Origin: an uncultured Candidatus Saccharibacteria bacterium
GTDB taxonomy: Bacteria; Patescibacteriota; CAZHWT01
Length of the DNA stretch: 64,000 nt
Direction of reading: 5' to 3'
Assembly (NCBI GenBank): GCA_964536215.1
Contig: CAZHWT010000001.1
Location: 15,671-79,670 of the forward strand
The notes under the pieces are model-generated. The model had not been told where the DNA came from, did not search any database, and saw only the letters and a program-made list of their open reading frames with translations. Below are positions 8,059-18,237 of this stretch, piece after piece (position 1 is the first letter of the stretch; each line of letters starts with the position of its first letter). The translations under genes were made by a program, and so were the position numbers.

Positions 8059-10140
8059 ATGTCTCCAGATACGTCCGTTGCTACTTTGCCATTTGTTGGC
8101 ACTAAATATGAACAGCTTTTAGCCCACTTGGGCATTAAAACAGTGCGCGATTTGCTGTATCACTTGCCGTCACGATATGTGGACTTATCCAAAATGACAC
8201 CAATTGAAGATTTGGTGGAGGGTGAGTTGCAGGTGGTTAAGGCCAAGGTGGAGTCGATTAAAAAGGTTCGACTTAAGGGAGGTGGGCGAGTGATGATTAC
8301 GGCAACGGCTTCGGATGATACTGATCAATTGCAGTTAACTTGGTTTAATCAGCCGTATATGGAAAAGTCGCTCACAGTGGGCCAGGACTACCGCTTTGCT
8401 GGCGAGCCAGAGTTTAAGTTTGGCAAGTTTCAGATGACCAGCCCTACCCATGAACTGGCCAGCAAACCCATGGTCCATACAGGTAGAATTGTGCCTATTT
8501 ACCCACTAACAGCCGGAGTGACATCAAAATGGTTGAGGGCGCGAATTGCTCCGTTATTACCCAAAGTCGAAGTGGTCGTGCCGGAATTTTTACCAGACGC
8601 TATTCTGTCCAAGTATGATTTAGCCTCATTGCCTGAAGCTATTAGACACCTACACGCGCCAGAGACCATGGAGCAGGCTGGCATAGCCAGACGACGACTG
8701 GCATTTAATGAACTGCTTTTATTGCAACTGGCTTCCTTGCAGCGAAAAATGGCCCAGGGTCAGAGTGCCGCAGCGCCAGCACTGAGAGTGGGGAGAAAGG
8801 AGATAAGAGAGTGGGTTATGGGTTTGCCCTTTGACTTAACTGAGGCTCAGCAAAAAGTCATTGATGAAATTACAACTGATTTAGCAAAGAGTCAACCAAT
8901 GAATCGCCTGGTTGAGGGTGATGTTGGTTCGGGTAAAACAGTGGTGGCTGCGGCCGCGGCTTTGGCGGCGGCGTTTAATGGTTACCAGACGGCCGTAATG
9001 GCACCAACATCGGTGTTGGCGCAGCAACACTATCAAACGTTTCAAGCATTACTTGAGGGTGCAAGGGTGCGAGCGGGCGAGGCGGCGAGGAGAGCATCCC
9101 AGACATTGGATGAAGAGACTAAACCTGAGGGCCGAGAGTTGAGACCCGTTAGCGTTGCTTTGCGGACGGCCAAATCCAAGATGCCGCCAGCGGATATTAC
9201 CATTGGTACACACGCCTTGATTGCCAGTGGGGTAGAGTTTGAGGCTTTGGGACTGGTGATTATTGATGAGCAGCACCGATTTGGTGTAGCACAGCGAGCC
9301 GAATTAATGAGCAAGGCTGGGCACGGAGTCCATTTGTTGTCTATGACTGCCACACCAATCCCGCGGACCCTGGCTTTGACAGCTTATGGCGACTTGGATT
9401 TATCGATTATTGATCAGATGCCAGCCAACAGACTGCCTATCAAAACACACGTTGTGCCAGAGCATAAACGAGCCGATATGGAAGACTACCTTGATGCGGC
9501 TATGGCCAGAGGAGAGCAGGTCTTTATTGTCTGTCCGCTTATTGACGAGTCTGACAAGGTTACAGAAGTGCGAGCAGCTACGGCTGAGTTTGAGCGGCTC
9601 CAGCAAGTGTTTGGTCAACGGCGCTTAGCTTTATTGCACGGCCGGATGAAAGCAGCCGACAAAGACCAAATTTTGGCCGAGTTTAAGAATCATCAGTTTG
9701 ACGCTTTGGTGGCTACGCCAGTGGTAGAAGTAGGCATTGACGTACCTAACGCTACAATGCTGGTTATTGAAGGGGCAGAGCGATTTGGTTTGGCTCAGCT
9801 ACACCAGTTACGCGGTCGGGTTGGGCGTGGCGATAAACAATCGTATTGTTTTTTGTTGAGCGACGCTAAAAAGGCTAAGGACATTGCTAGATTGCGCCAT
9901 ATGGAGCATGAGTCAAGCGGCATTGCTCTGGCCGAGCTAGACTTGGCTACGCGCGGTCCCGGTGAAGTCTATGGGCACCGCCAGAGCGGTATTCCAGAGT
10001 TAAAAGCAGCCTCGTTTATGGATGTTGAGCTCACCCAAACTACGCATGAGGCTGCCGAAGGTCTTATTGCTAGCTTGAATAGTTATCCCAACTTAGAGCG
10101 GGAACTGAGTCGCACACAAAAGTTGGTTGAAATGAATTAG
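8059..10140 (+). CDS. recG: ATP-dependent DNA helicase RecG
   Basis: N-terminal wedge/OB region. Helicase motif I (GDVGSGKT), DEQH box (IIDEQHRFG). C-terminal helicase domain. 693 aa. Confidence 0.85.
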   Translation: MSPDTSVATLPFVGTKYEQLLAHLGIKTVRDLLYHLPSRYVDLSKMTPIEDLVEGELQVVKAKVESIKKVRLKGGGRVMITATASDDTDQLQLTWFNQPYMEKSLTVGQDYRFAGEPEFKFGKFQMTSPTHELASKPMVHTGRIVPIYPLTAGVTSKWLRARIAPLLPKVEVVVPEFLPDAILSKYDLASLPEAIRHLHAPETMEQAGIARRRLAFNELLLLQLASLQRKMAQGQSAAAPALRVGRKEIREWVMGLPFDLTEAQQKVIDEITTDLAKSQPMNRLVEGDVGSGKTVVAAAAALAAAFNGYQTAVMAPTSVLAQQHYQTFQALLEGARVRAGEAARRASQTLDEETKPEGRELRPVSVALRTAKSKMPPADITIGTHALIASGVEFEALGLVIIDEQHRFGVAQRAELMSKAGHGVHLLSMTATPIPRTLALTAYGDLDLSIIDQMPANRLPIKTHVVPEHKRADMEDYLDAAMARGEQVFIVCPLIDESDKVTEVRAATAEFERLQQVFGQRRLALLHGRMKAADKDQILAEFKNHQFDALVATPVVEVGIDVPNATMLVIEGAERFGLAQLHQLRGRVGRGDKQSYCFLLSDAKKAKDIARLRHMEHESSGIALAELDLATRGPGEVYGHRQSGIPELKAASFMDVELTQTTHEAAEGLIASLNSYPNLERELSRTQKLVEMN

Positions 10141-10420
10141 TGTCTGTTTTGATACTAATTAAGGAGCTCTCTGAGGGTATGGCCCAATGCGCACATCGCC
10201 CAGTCTGACAACGCCCCTCTTTACAACTGAGAAAAATAGAGTTATAACAAAGGCTCACAGGACTACATTGCCAGCAAGCTGGCTACGCACAGAAGGAGAG
10301 CCTGTCGTGAAAAAGTTCCTGACCGAAGTTTGGGCCAACCTTATTAAGTTGGTTCGGCTCGACGACGATTGTCGGACAACCTCTCGGCGTTCATAATATG
10401 ACGTCGCATGTCCCTATCTT

Positions 10421-10456
10421 AAGCCATCTCTAGCGTCCTAGAGATGGCTTTTTAAT
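10421..10456 (+). terminator. Rho-independent terminator (aagccatctctag cgtc ctagagatggctt plus T-run)
   Basis: 13-bp stem followed by tttttaatt. Confidence 0.55.
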
Positions 10457-10502
10457 TATAGATTTGTCTAACCCCATAATTACCTTAATTGCTTACTATA
10501 GG

Positions 10503-10531
10503 TTGACTTATTATTTAAAGGCGGCTATAAT
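10503..10531 (+). promoter_or_regulatory. Sigma-70-type promoter: TTGACT -N17- TATAAT
   Basis: Consensus -35 and -10 boxes with 17-nt spacing, ~40 nt upstream of ATG 10573, which is preceded by an aagggagggg SD. Confidence 0.5.
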
Positions 10532-10572
10532 AATGATTGTTCGAAATGTTGGCTTTTTAAAGGGAGGGGCAA

Positions 10573-11166
10573 ATGCCTGCTTTCGCATCGCTGTTTTATA
10601 GTCTTGGCGTTGAAATTGGCTGGATCGTCCGTATGCTGACCACCAACAAACGCCATACTTTGGGGTTTGTTTCAGTGGTTGTCACCACCCTAATTATAGC
10701 TTGGAGTGGTTTCATGGATCAGCAATACCCCCAAGCTGAGGTGCACCAAGTCGCTGACGAAACTAGTTTCAGCTTAGCCGGAGTAACTGGATTTCATGTC
10801 GTTTTGAACGATCCTCTGGCGCGATTTAAGATGGATCCAGACGGCTATGAACCGTTTAATCGCTCAGGGGACGGAATATTTCGCAGCCAAGAGCAGTCGG
10901 AGTTGCCCGTCAACTGGGAATCAGTAGTAGTTACTGGCGAAGGCAGCTGGCAAGTCACGCAGCCCTACGCCTTCTGGCAACAAGCTCCTACCACTACGGT
11001 TGAAATGTGGGGACGCGATTCGGGTTTTACATTAACTGTGTACAAAGATAGGGCAGAATATTGGACCCTGCTTTGTGCCGGATATTTCCTGATTCTTTTA
11101 CCTTCCGTAGGCGGATACCTTCTGACCGACCAGAAGCTCCGACGTAGTTGGCACCTGCCATATTAG
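10573..11166 (+). CDS. Hypothetical membrane-anchored protein
   Basis: 197-aa ORF with an N-terminal TM segment, a strong promoter and SD. No recognisable family. Confidence 0.45.
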   Translation: MPAFASLFYSLGVEIGWIVRMLTTNKRHTLGFVSVVVTTLIIAWSGFMDQQYPQAEVHQVADETSFSLAGVTGFHVVLNDPLARFKMDPDGYEPFNRSGDGIFRSQEQSELPVNWESVVVTGEGSWQVTQPYAFWQQAPTTTVEMWGRDSGFTLTVYKDRAEYWTLLCAGYFLILLPSVGGYLLTDQKLRRSWHLPY

Positions 11167-11173
11167 CATTGTG

Positions 11174-11209
11174 CCACAGGAGTAATTTATTGATAAATTA
11201 CTCCTGTGG
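11174..11209. terminator. Perfect 17-bp-stem hairpin (ccacaggagtaatttat tg ataaattactcctgtgg). Bidirectional terminator.
   Basis: Perfect inverted repeat immediately after the stop at 11166. Confidence 0.55.
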
Positions 11210-11359
11210 CAGACCAAATTGCCCAATCCCATCCTGCTCTGTTGCCTCCATTCTTTTCCAAATCTATATCAAAATCGTCCGCACATACCTCGTCGTATAC
11301 ATAGCAATCTACGCATAGTGAGCATATATTTACCGGTAGTTCTCTGATATACTACAGAT

Positions 11360-11944
11360 ATGCGTATAAGCGGTGGTTTTGCGCGGGGGTTACCCTTACG
11401 CGTGCCAAAAATTTCTGATATTCGTCCGGCCCAGGAGATGGTTCGTCAGGCAGTTTTTTCTATATTAGGAGACCGCGTGAAGGATGCTACCGTGCTTGAT
11501 ATTTATGCTGGGTCTGGCGCCTACGGCCTTGAGGCCTTATCTCGAGGAGCGGCTCATGCCACTTTTGTTGATACCAATGTTGAGTCAATTAAGGCTATTA
11601 AAGCCAATCTGGATGTTGGTCGATTTTGGGGCAAGGCGGAAGTCGTACAGCTCGATGCTTTGCGATACCTATCAGAAGAGGCTGGCCAACTACCGTTCGA
11701 CCTTATTTTTGCGGATCCACCATACGAATACGGTCTCCCATCGGGCCTCCTGTTTCACTTAGCCGAAGTCTTGGCTGATGATGGACTAGTTGTTTTTGAC
11801 CACGTTAAGGGTTTGAATTTTGATAGGGGAGAAGACCTAGAGGTAATTGAGACGCGGACATATGGAGGATCAGGAGTAACATTCTTGAGGAAGAATCCAA
11901 GTATCCAAGGACCCAAGCATCCAAAACAAGGTATACGTACTTAA
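11360..11944 (+). CDS. rsmD: 16S rRNA (guanine966-N2)-methyltransferase RsmD
   Basis: SAM-binding motif (DIYAGSGAYGLEAL) and catalytic FADPPY motif. A TATACT -10 box sits 7 nt upstream of the ATG, so the mRNA is possibly leaderless. Confidence 0.7.
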   Translation: MRISGGFARGLPLRVPKISDIRPAQEMVRQAVFSILGDRVKDATVLDIYAGSGAYGLEALSRGAAHATFVDTNVESIKAIKANLDVGRFWGKAEVVQLDALRYLSEEAGQLPFDLIFADPPYEYGLPSGLLFHLAEVLADDGLVVFDHVKGLNFDRGEDLEVIETRTYGGSGVTFLRKNPSIQGPKHPKQGIRT

Positions 11945-12171
11945 ACTATAAAAACACAGAAGTCTTTGACGGTAGATTCTGCTTGCTACGTAATCCTTAT
12001 ATTTTTCCTTGGATTTTTGGGTACTTGGATACTTGAACTTTTAAAGCGCGCTAGCGCTTTATTTGACACTTGTTTACTGATACGCTATACTACGGCCTGC
12101 CTTGGGCACTAGAGTGCATGACTTGCAGTTTAGTCCCACTATTAGTTACACTTATAAAGGATATTTCGATT

Positions 12172-12351
12172 ATGGGAGCACATCCTAAGCGTAAAATTAG
12201 TACCGTGCAACAGAAAACCCGTCGAGCCGCCCAAAAGCTGGTTTTAGAGCGGGTTGGTAGTTGTGACCATTGCGGCGCACCGGTTCGATCACATCGCATG
12301 TGTACAGCCTGCGGATACTACAAAGGTCGTCCCGTAGTAAAAGTAGCCTAA
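12172..12351 (+). CDS. rpmF: 50S ribosomal protein L32. The ORF-track N-terminal extension is rejected.
   Basis: MGAHPKRKIS... N-terminus and a CxxC...CxxC zinc ribbon (CDHCGAP...CTACGYYKGR). ~59 aa. Confidence 0.7.
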   Translation: MGAHPKRKISTVQQKTRRAAQKLVLERVGSCDHCGAPVRSHRMCTACGYYKGRPVVKVA

Positions 12352-12417
12352 CCGCAATATAAGTTTTTCTGACTAGGAGTCAGTAGCACTTTTTTAAGAT
12401 TTAAGCAGGTCGTTTCT

Positions 12418-12849
12418 ATGAAAACACGACACGATCCACGACACGTTGCCCGTCAAATTGCCCTCATGACTCTGTTCGAGTGGAGCTTTCACTCTGACTC
12501 ACTGTCAGAGATTATGGAGCATGTGTTAGAGGCCACTGAGCAGTCTGAGGATGTGGACAGGCAGCTTATCCAAGATCTCACTACGGGCGTGACTGATCAC
12601 CTGGACGAGTTGGATCAGCAAATCACTACCGCTGCTCCAGAGTGGCCACGAGATCAGATTGCCAAGATTGATATCTGCATTTTGCGTTTAGCCGCTTACG
12701 AACTGCGCTACACAGACACCCCGGCTAAGGTGGCAATTGATGAAGCGGTGGAGCTAGCCAAGGAATATGGCGGGGACACCTCCTCAAAGTTTGTAAATGG
12801 GGTATTAGGAACCTTAGTACAATATCAGGCTGAGACAGAGTCAGTTTAG
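12418..12849 (+). CDS. nusB: Transcription antitermination factor NusB
   Basis: 143-aa all-helical NusB pattern ([15 protein letters not shown] ... LRLAAYEL). Confidence 0.7.
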   Translation: MKTRHDPRHVARQIALMTLFEWSFHSDSLSEIMEHVLEATEQSEDVDRQLIQDLTTGVTDHLDELDQQITTAAPEWPRDQIAKIDICILRLAAYELRYTDTPAKVAIDEAVELAKEYGGDTSSKFVNGVLGTLVQYQAETESV

Positions 12850-12894
12850 TGAACGTTCCGGCAACGATCCGGCGGTTATATATTTGCGCTGCCT

Positions 12895-13140
12895 ATGAAT
12901 GAAATAATCAATCGAATTAATCAACATATTTCCGACTCTTTTGGTGTTGAAGTTGAAGATATTCACCCGGATGACGATCTGCGACAGGATCTTAACGGAT
13001 CAGAGTTAGAGTTAGCTGACTTCATCTCGTTACTAGAGCACGAATTTCATGTCGAGATTAGCGGCGAAGAGATTCGTCAACTTACCACAATATCAGACTT
13101 GTATGATCTACTCCTCGATAAGCTCAATGAAATAGGATAA
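12895..13140 (+). CDS. Acyl carrier protein-like
   Basis: 81 aa. Acidic four-helix pattern with a putative phosphopantetheine Ser in DLNGSELELADFISLLEHEF. Confidence 0.45.
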   Translation: MNEIINRINQHISDSFGVEVEDIHPDDDLRQDLNGSELELADFISLLEHEFHVEISGEEIRQLTTISDLYDLLLDKLNEIG

Positions 13141-13144
13141 ACCC

Positions 13145-13834
13145 ATGGAATTACACACATTAGAAGAACGGTTAGGGGTTACCTTTACTAACCAAGATTT
13201 TCTCCGCACGGCTTTAGTGCACCGCTCATACCTAAACGAAAACCCAGGTTTTAATCTCCCCTCTAATGAGAGAATGGAGTTCTTGGGCGATGCCGTTTTG
13301 GAATTAATCGTATCAGAGCACTTGTACCACACGTACCCGGAATCTCCAGAAGGTGAATTAACCAACTTTCGCTCCAGCTTGGTTAATACTGTCTCACTAG
13401 CGGAAGTATCGGGGCGTCTTGAAGCTGGCGAGTTCCTGTATCTGTCTAAGGGAGAAGAGGGGAGTGGCGGGCGCCATAACCAATACATTCTTGCCAACAC
13501 CTTTGAAGCGTTGCTAGGGGCTATTTACTTAGACCAAGGATTTGAGGCGGCCAGTAAATTTGTTCATGCTCACCTTATGGGTAAATTACCTGAGATTATC
13601 GAGCGACAACTTTACAAGGATGCTAAGAGTAGTTTGCAAGAATTGTCTCAAGAAGAAATTTCGATCACTCCAGTTTATAAGGTTCTGTCTGAGGAAGGAC
13701 CCGATCACAATAAGACATTCACCGTCGGTGTTTATGCGGCCACTAAACAGTTGGCTCGCGGATCTGGCAAGAGCAAACAGCAAGCAGAACAACAGGCGGC
13801 TGCAAACGCACTTGCCAACTGGAAAAAGGCATGA
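13145..13834 (+). CDS. rnc: Ribonuclease III
   Basis: RNase III signature ERMEFLGDAVLEL. C-terminal dsRBD. Confidence 0.85.
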   Translation: MELHTLEERLGVTFTNQDFLRTALVHRSYLNENPGFNLPSNERMEFLGDAVLELIVSEHLYHTYPESPEGELTNFRSSLVNTVSLAEVSGRLEAGEFLYLSKGEEGSGGRHNQYILANTFEALLGAIYLDQGFEAASKFVHAHLMGKLPEIIERQLYKDAKSSLQELSQEEISITPVYKVLSEEGPDHNKTFTVGVYAATKQLARGSGKSKQQAEQQAAANALANWKKA

Positions 13835-13946
13835 TACAATCCCACAAGCCTCTCCAGAGAGAGGATTAAGAGTCAAGCGTCAGTTTTTATGTAACAATTA
13901 CCAACGCTGGTAAGACTACAGTTTATTTTATTCTGAAGGAATTTTT

Positions 13947-14351
13947 ATGACTAAGATTAGATTAGCCAGGACAGGCAGCACTCACCAACCCCACTATCGC
14001 ATTGTTGTGTCTGATAGCCGCAGCCGTCGTGATGGTCGTTTTATTGAAATTTTGGGTTCGTATCACCCGATTCAAGGTGGAGAGGTGGCATTAGACAAGG
14101 AGCGAGCAGCTTATTGGATCTCTGTAGGCGCTCAGCCGAGCAATACAGTCATTGGCCTGCTTAACAAGTCAGGCGTCAAACACGGCTTTAGCGTGCGCCG
14201 CAAGCCTGAGCGTGTTGCAGAAGCACCGGAAGCTACGGAAGCACCAGCTGAAACCGCCGCAGCAGACGTTGTGGCCGAAGCTCCAGTGTCTGATGAAGCA
14301 GCAGAAGCGGCTTCTGAGCAGCCAAGCGATTCAGAAGAAGCGGCTGCCTAA
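13947..14351 (+). CDS. rpsP: 30S ribosomal protein S16 with acidic/Ala-rich C-terminal extension
   Basis: MTKIRLARTGSTHQPHYRIVV... matches the S16 N-terminus. Confidence 0.8.
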   Translation: MTKIRLARTGSTHQPHYRIVVSDSRSRRDGRFIEILGSYHPIQGGEVALDKERAAYWISVGAQPSNTVIGLLNKSGVKHGFSVRRKPERVAEAPEATEAPAETAAADVVAEAPVSDEAAEAASEQPSDSEEAAA

Positions 14352-14394
14352 CCATCACCGCATTTTTATTTATCTATCGGCGGACTGTACCCTT

Positions 14395-14673
14395 ATGGAT
14401 TCTTTGCTCACGTTTATTGTTCAGCACATTGTTACTCACCCAGACGACGTCGCCGTTAGTCAGGTTGAGAGCGAAGACGGCCAGCACCTCACTCTACGCT
14501 TATCAGTTCACCCTGAAGATATGGGCATCGTGATTGGCCGAGAAGGCAATATAGCCCGCAGTCTGCGCAACTTGCTCAAGGTTGCCGCCTTAAAGCGCCA
14601 CCAGCGCGTTTATTTAGATATCTTAGAAGCTGGCTCAGCTGCCAAAGATGTGGTTGACGAAGTCGAAGAGTAA
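14395..14673 (+). CDS. KH-domain RNA-binding protein (YlqC/UPF0109-like)
   Basis: GIVIGREGNIARSLRN KH motif. The ORF-track entry 14152..14673 is an out-of-frame N-terminal extension overlapping rpsP. Confidence 0.6.
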   Translation: MDSLLTFIVQHIVTHPDDVAVSQVESEDGQHLTLRLSVHPEDMGIVIGREGNIARSLRNLLKVAALKRHQRVYLDILEAGSAAKDVVDEVEE

Positions 14674-14799
14674 TATTTTATCTTGTCTTTTTTATAGCCA
14701 GATTGCCCATAATCGCGAATAACTACCAAAACAGCCAGGCTTTTAAATTGCCTGGCTGTTTTTTACGCTAAGGACGGGATTATAATACTCGTTACTAAC

Positions 14800-15501
14800 T
14801 TAGAATGGGTTGTCTTTACCGGTAATAGTTTGAGCCGAGGTTGGAGCGTATGATGCCAAGTGCAATGAATCAATAGCTGTCAATGTTGCTTCTTTAGCTG
14901 ATGTGCGCTGTGGTAGCGGCTCTTCAGCTGGTCCAAGGTCCTCCGGGAACGGCTGGTAAGGGCTAGAAACGTCAAAGGTGGCTACTAATGTCCCATCCTC
15001 GTCGCTCGACGGCACAATATGTAGACTGGTTAACGACACAACCCGAGCCACTGTTTCTGACTGTCGAATAAAGTTAACGATATTGGCATACCCACCCACA
15101 ACTGATAAGTTTGTCTCTACGGTACTGCCTGATTCAGTGTTTTTTACCACGGTTTTGTCCTGACCATATCGTACGCCTTGCGTGGAGGCTCCAGCACCCA
15201 CAGCTACTTGCTCCAGCGTTCCTAATAGACCAGCTGGATCAGCTTGCGAAGGAATGACTGGTTCAACTTTCTCGGTTAGCGTCGCTTTATTTTGTTCTGC
15301 CTGCAATCCTTGCAAAGCGGCCACTTTCTCCTTTAATGCGTCTAGCTTTGTCTGCTTGTCAGACATAGTTTTAAAGCTATCTTGTATATCCCCAACCCAT
15401 GGCAACGCTAAGAGTGGAATAACGGCAATAAGAATGACAGCCGCCGCAACGGGCATAATATATGGCTTAAAGCTATCAACGGTCATTGTAGGCGTGTTCA
15501 T
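14800..15501 (-). CDS. pilO: Type IV pilus assembly protein PilO-like
   Basis: N-terminal TM, then coiled coil, then periplasmic-type domain. Overlaps the pilN stop by 4 nt. Confidence 0.5.
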   Translation of the reverse strand: MNTPTMTVDSFKPYIMPVAAAVILIAVIPLLALPWVGDIQDSFKTMSDKQTKLDALKEKVAALQGLQAEQNKATLTEKVEPVIPSQADPAGLLGTLEQVAVGAGASTQGVRYGQDKTVVKNTESGSTVETNLSVVGGYANIVNFIRQSETVARVVSLTSLHIVPSSDEDGTLVATFDVSSPYQPFPEDLGPAEEPLPQRTSAKEATLTAIDSLHLASYAPTSAQTITGKDNPF

Positions 15502-16127
15502 GATTGGTCTCCGGTAGGGGTAGGGGTTGGTGTAGGTGTAGCACTGGGCAACGCAGCCAACGATTGAGGAGTCAGGCTGAAGGTTACGGTAAAGGCGATA
15601 GTGGAGGACTGGTCATCGCGGCCAATCATGACTAGGGCTGGTTTGGTGAAGTAGGGACTTTCCTCATTGTCTGAGGTAGCTCCTTGGGTGCGCAATTTAT
15701 CGTAGAAGCCGGCCAAGTCAGCATAGGTTGTAACTGTGCCCGAAATGGTGGCTATATCCGAAGCATCGACAGACATATCAGTTAACTGCATAGACGCAGG
15801 CACCGTTTGGCTAAATTGAGTTAGGAAGGTAGAGTAATGCTTTTGTGTCGCAAAAAAATTACTGAGCGATGTTAATTTGGTATCCAAGGCGCGGTAGACG
15901 CCTTCTGCCTCTTTGTACGTCTGCACTTTTTGTGTCTCGGTGTTTATGGAATTATCTATGCTAGTAAGGCTGGCCTGCAGGGCAAGTTTGCCGGCAAATA
16001 AACCGCCAACGGCCACAATCGTTATAATAAGAACGACGACGCTTACTGTAGTGAGCATCTTTTGTTGGCGAACTTTAGGGGTAACTTCGGCAGTTTGACT
16101 TGGTAAAAGGTTAATATCTTGGGCCAT
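15498..16127 (-). CDS. pilN: Type IV pilus assembly protein PilN-like
   Basis: INLLP motif at the N-terminus. Single TM. Sits downstream of pilM. Confidence 0.6.
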   Translation of the reverse strand: MAQDINLLPSQTAEVTPKVRQQKMLTTVSVVVLIITIVAVGGLFAGKLALQASLTSIDNSINTETQKVQTYKEAEGVYRALDTKLTSLSNFFATQKHYSTFLTQFSQTVPASMQLTDMSVDASDIATISGTVTTYADLAGFYDKLRTQGATSDNEESPYFTKPALVMIGRDDQSSTIAFTVTFSLTPQSLAALPSATPTPTPTPTGDQS

Positions 16128-16254
16128 GGACAGAATGGGTTATGTGTCTATTCTAGAGATATGCTTGTCTGCTTGTCAACTACTTAGATTCTGACTTACA
16201 GACTCTACCAGTAGCCTGGTCGCGACGGTGTGTGAATATGCCTCTCGTTATCGT

Positions 16255-17292
16255 TTAGCCTAACTCTTTCATGGCCAAGCCAACGGCAACTGCATATGAC
16301 GTTTCGTCTTCTTTGACCCGCTGCTGCAGCGATGAGGGAATTTCGACGCTTTGCCAAGGGGAGCCGATTTGTACTTCCAAGCCAATTGTCGTGGCCAAAT
16401 AGACCACCATACCGGGGAGATTAGCGGTACCTCCGACCAACACCACCCGCTTGATGGTATCAGAAGGGTGCCGAGTTTGGTAAAACAAAATAGCTCGTTG
16501 AATTTCTGAGGTGATGATGTCGAAGACTGGCTTGATTGCTTGCATAACCTTACCTTCCAGCTGGTCTTCAACTAGGCCATAATTTTTCTTGTATTCTTCG
16601 GCCTGTCCCATTTCAAAGCCTAAATCTTGAGCAATGGCTCTAGCTAGGGCAGACCCACCAGTGGCAATAGAGCGGGTAAAAGAAGTTACGCCACTGGAAA
16701 CGATGGCTAAGTCCGTCGTCGTAGCCCCCACTGAGATAATTAGCGTGGTCGGACCAGCATCCCGTCCATCTACCAGGGCCCGTTTAATGGCGATTGTTTC
16801 TGTTTCAAAAGAAATCGGGTTCAACTTAGCCTGTTTAAGCAGCCCGACATAGCGCTCAATAAGCGTATTGGGAGCGGCTACCAAATAGACGCTCATTTTG
16901 GCTCCAGGCTCTTTAGCCGTCGGCCGACTTAGCACCTGCCAAGAGAGCTTGACATCTTTTAGTGGGAGAGGGATATATTGCTCTGCTTCCCATTGAATGG
17001 CGTTAGCCAGCTCTTTGTCGCCCATGTTGGGGATTTCAATTACACGAGTAAAGATGGCTGACTCAGGAAAAGCCACAGCCACGTTAGTGCTGGTAATTTT
17101 AGCATCTTTGACCAGATTGCGAACCGCTTCGGACAGCGCGCCTTGATCCAATGGGGCATCTGAGGCGAGGGCATTGGGTGGGGTAGTAGCTTTACCAAAC
17201 GCCTGGAGAATAAATCTTTTATTCTCTCGTCGCAATTGGACCACCTTAATACTATGAGAACCGATATCTAAACCAAAATAATCTGAGGGCAT
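16255..17292 (-). CDS. pilM: Type IV pilus assembly protein PilM (actin-like ATPase)
   Basis: GLDIGSHSIKVV actin-fold N-terminus. 345 aa. Operon with pilN/pilO. Confidence 0.8.
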   Translation of the reverse strand: MPSDYFGLDIGSHSIKVVQLRRENKRFILQAFGKATTPPNALASDAPLDQGALSEAVRNLVKDAKITSTNVAVAFPESAIFTRVIEIPNMGDKELANAIQWEAEQYIPLPLKDVKLSWQVLSRPTAKEPGAKMSVYLVAAPNTLIERYVGLLKQAKLNPISFETETIAIKRALVDGRDAGPTTLIISVGATTTDLAIVSSGVTSFTRSIATGGSALARAIAQDLGFEMGQAEEYKKNYGLVEDQLEGKVMQAIKPVFDIITSEIQRAILFYQTRHPSDTIKRVVLVGGTANLPGMVVYLATTIGLEVQIGSPWQSVEIPSSLQQRVKEDETSYAVAVGLAMKELG

Positions 17293-17475
17293 AGGGCAAG
17301 ACGGCCTACTTGCAGGCAGTACTACTGCTACTATACCCGCACCCCGAGCTGAGTGTCAACCGGAGCTGAAGCACAATCGCCTCGAAGGTTGCCTGTGATT
17401 ATCCATTGCATCTACATGAGATGTAGGCGTAGATATATTTCCCTAAACGTCAGGACAGTATTGTATACTAGGAGC

Positions 17476-18165
17476 ATGCCTGATTCTCGCCCGTCATCAA
17501 AGTCGACCAAGAAGACCAGAAAACCAGCCACCCGACGACGAAAGTCCACCGTTGTATCTAAACCAGCTGCTTCACTCCCACCGCTACTAGCCCCGACGCC
17601 AGCGCCGGAACATACCACTGCTACAGCGCCACCACCGTCAGTAGCACCACCTTTACCTCTGGTACGCACTAGCTACAACGCCAACCGCATTAAGCGACTA
17701 AGCTGGGCTGGCGGACTAGCCATTGTCATGCTTATTGGTGCGGTAGGCTGGCTGTATCGAGATCAACTGCTCGCCTTACTGCCAACTACCGACCACTCGC
17801 CAGCGCCAGCGTATCATCTGCAGGTCGAGCCTGAACGTCTTGATGAGGAGAAGCTGTCGCAAGCATTGCAGCAGGCCGGTATTTCGCCCCCTTCGGCTAG
17901 CACTTCGGCTCAAAGTAGTGACTCAGCTACGCCGGCGTATGTGGCCGAATACGCCAACACGACTGACCAGGAGCTGCACGAACGGCTAGAGGCTGGCATT
18001 GCTGCGCTGGATAATACCGAACCATATGTGGGAGTGTTGGCCGCCTACAAGGCCAAGATTAATCAACTTGAATCAACTAATCCGACCAAAGCGCGACAGG
18101 CGTTAATGGAAGCCGTGCAGTTAAGTAAAGAATTTACTGCTCTATATCTCTATGCCAAAGAGTAG
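17476..18165 (+). CDS. Hypothetical membrane protein with basic/Pro-rich N-terminal region (ORF track 17353..18165; probable start ATG 17476)
   Basis: TATACT, then aggagc, then ATG. Single TM (LSWAGGLAIVMLIGAVGWL). No family recognised. Confidence 0.4.
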   Translation: MPDSRPSSKSTKKTRKPATRRRKSTVVSKPAASLPPLLAPTPAPEHTTATAPPPSVAPPLPLVRTSYNANRIKRLSWAGGLAIVMLIGAVGWLYRDQLLALLPTTDHSPAPAYHLQVEPERLDEEKLSQALQQAGISPPSASTSAQSSDSATPAYVAEYANTTDQELHERLEAGIAALDNTEPYVGVLAAYKAKINQLESTNPTKARQALMEAVQLSKEFTALYLYAKE

Positions 18166-18237
18166 AGCGCTACCCCTAGATCACTTTTATCAATAGACCT
18201 CAGGTCTCACTACAGCTAGAGCGATACTGTGTTAGAT

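Noticed and set aside
10187-10396. 69-aa ORF / GTG-initiated 29-aa peptide after recG
   Set aside because: No conserved family, an overlapping terminator region, and composition typical of non-coding DNA. Left uncalled.
12070-12351. 93-aa ORF for L32 region
   Set aside because: L32 is ~59 aa and begins MGAHPKRK at 12172. The upstream 34 codons have no SD and are unconserved.
13108-13500. 130-aa minus-strand ORF
   Set aside because: Antisense to the well-supported rnc gene, with no independent signals.
14152-14673. 173-aa ORF overlapping the 3' end of rpsP
   Set aside because: The N-terminal part is an alternative frame of the S16 C-terminal Ala/Glu-rich extension. The conserved KH-domain protein starts at ATG 14395.
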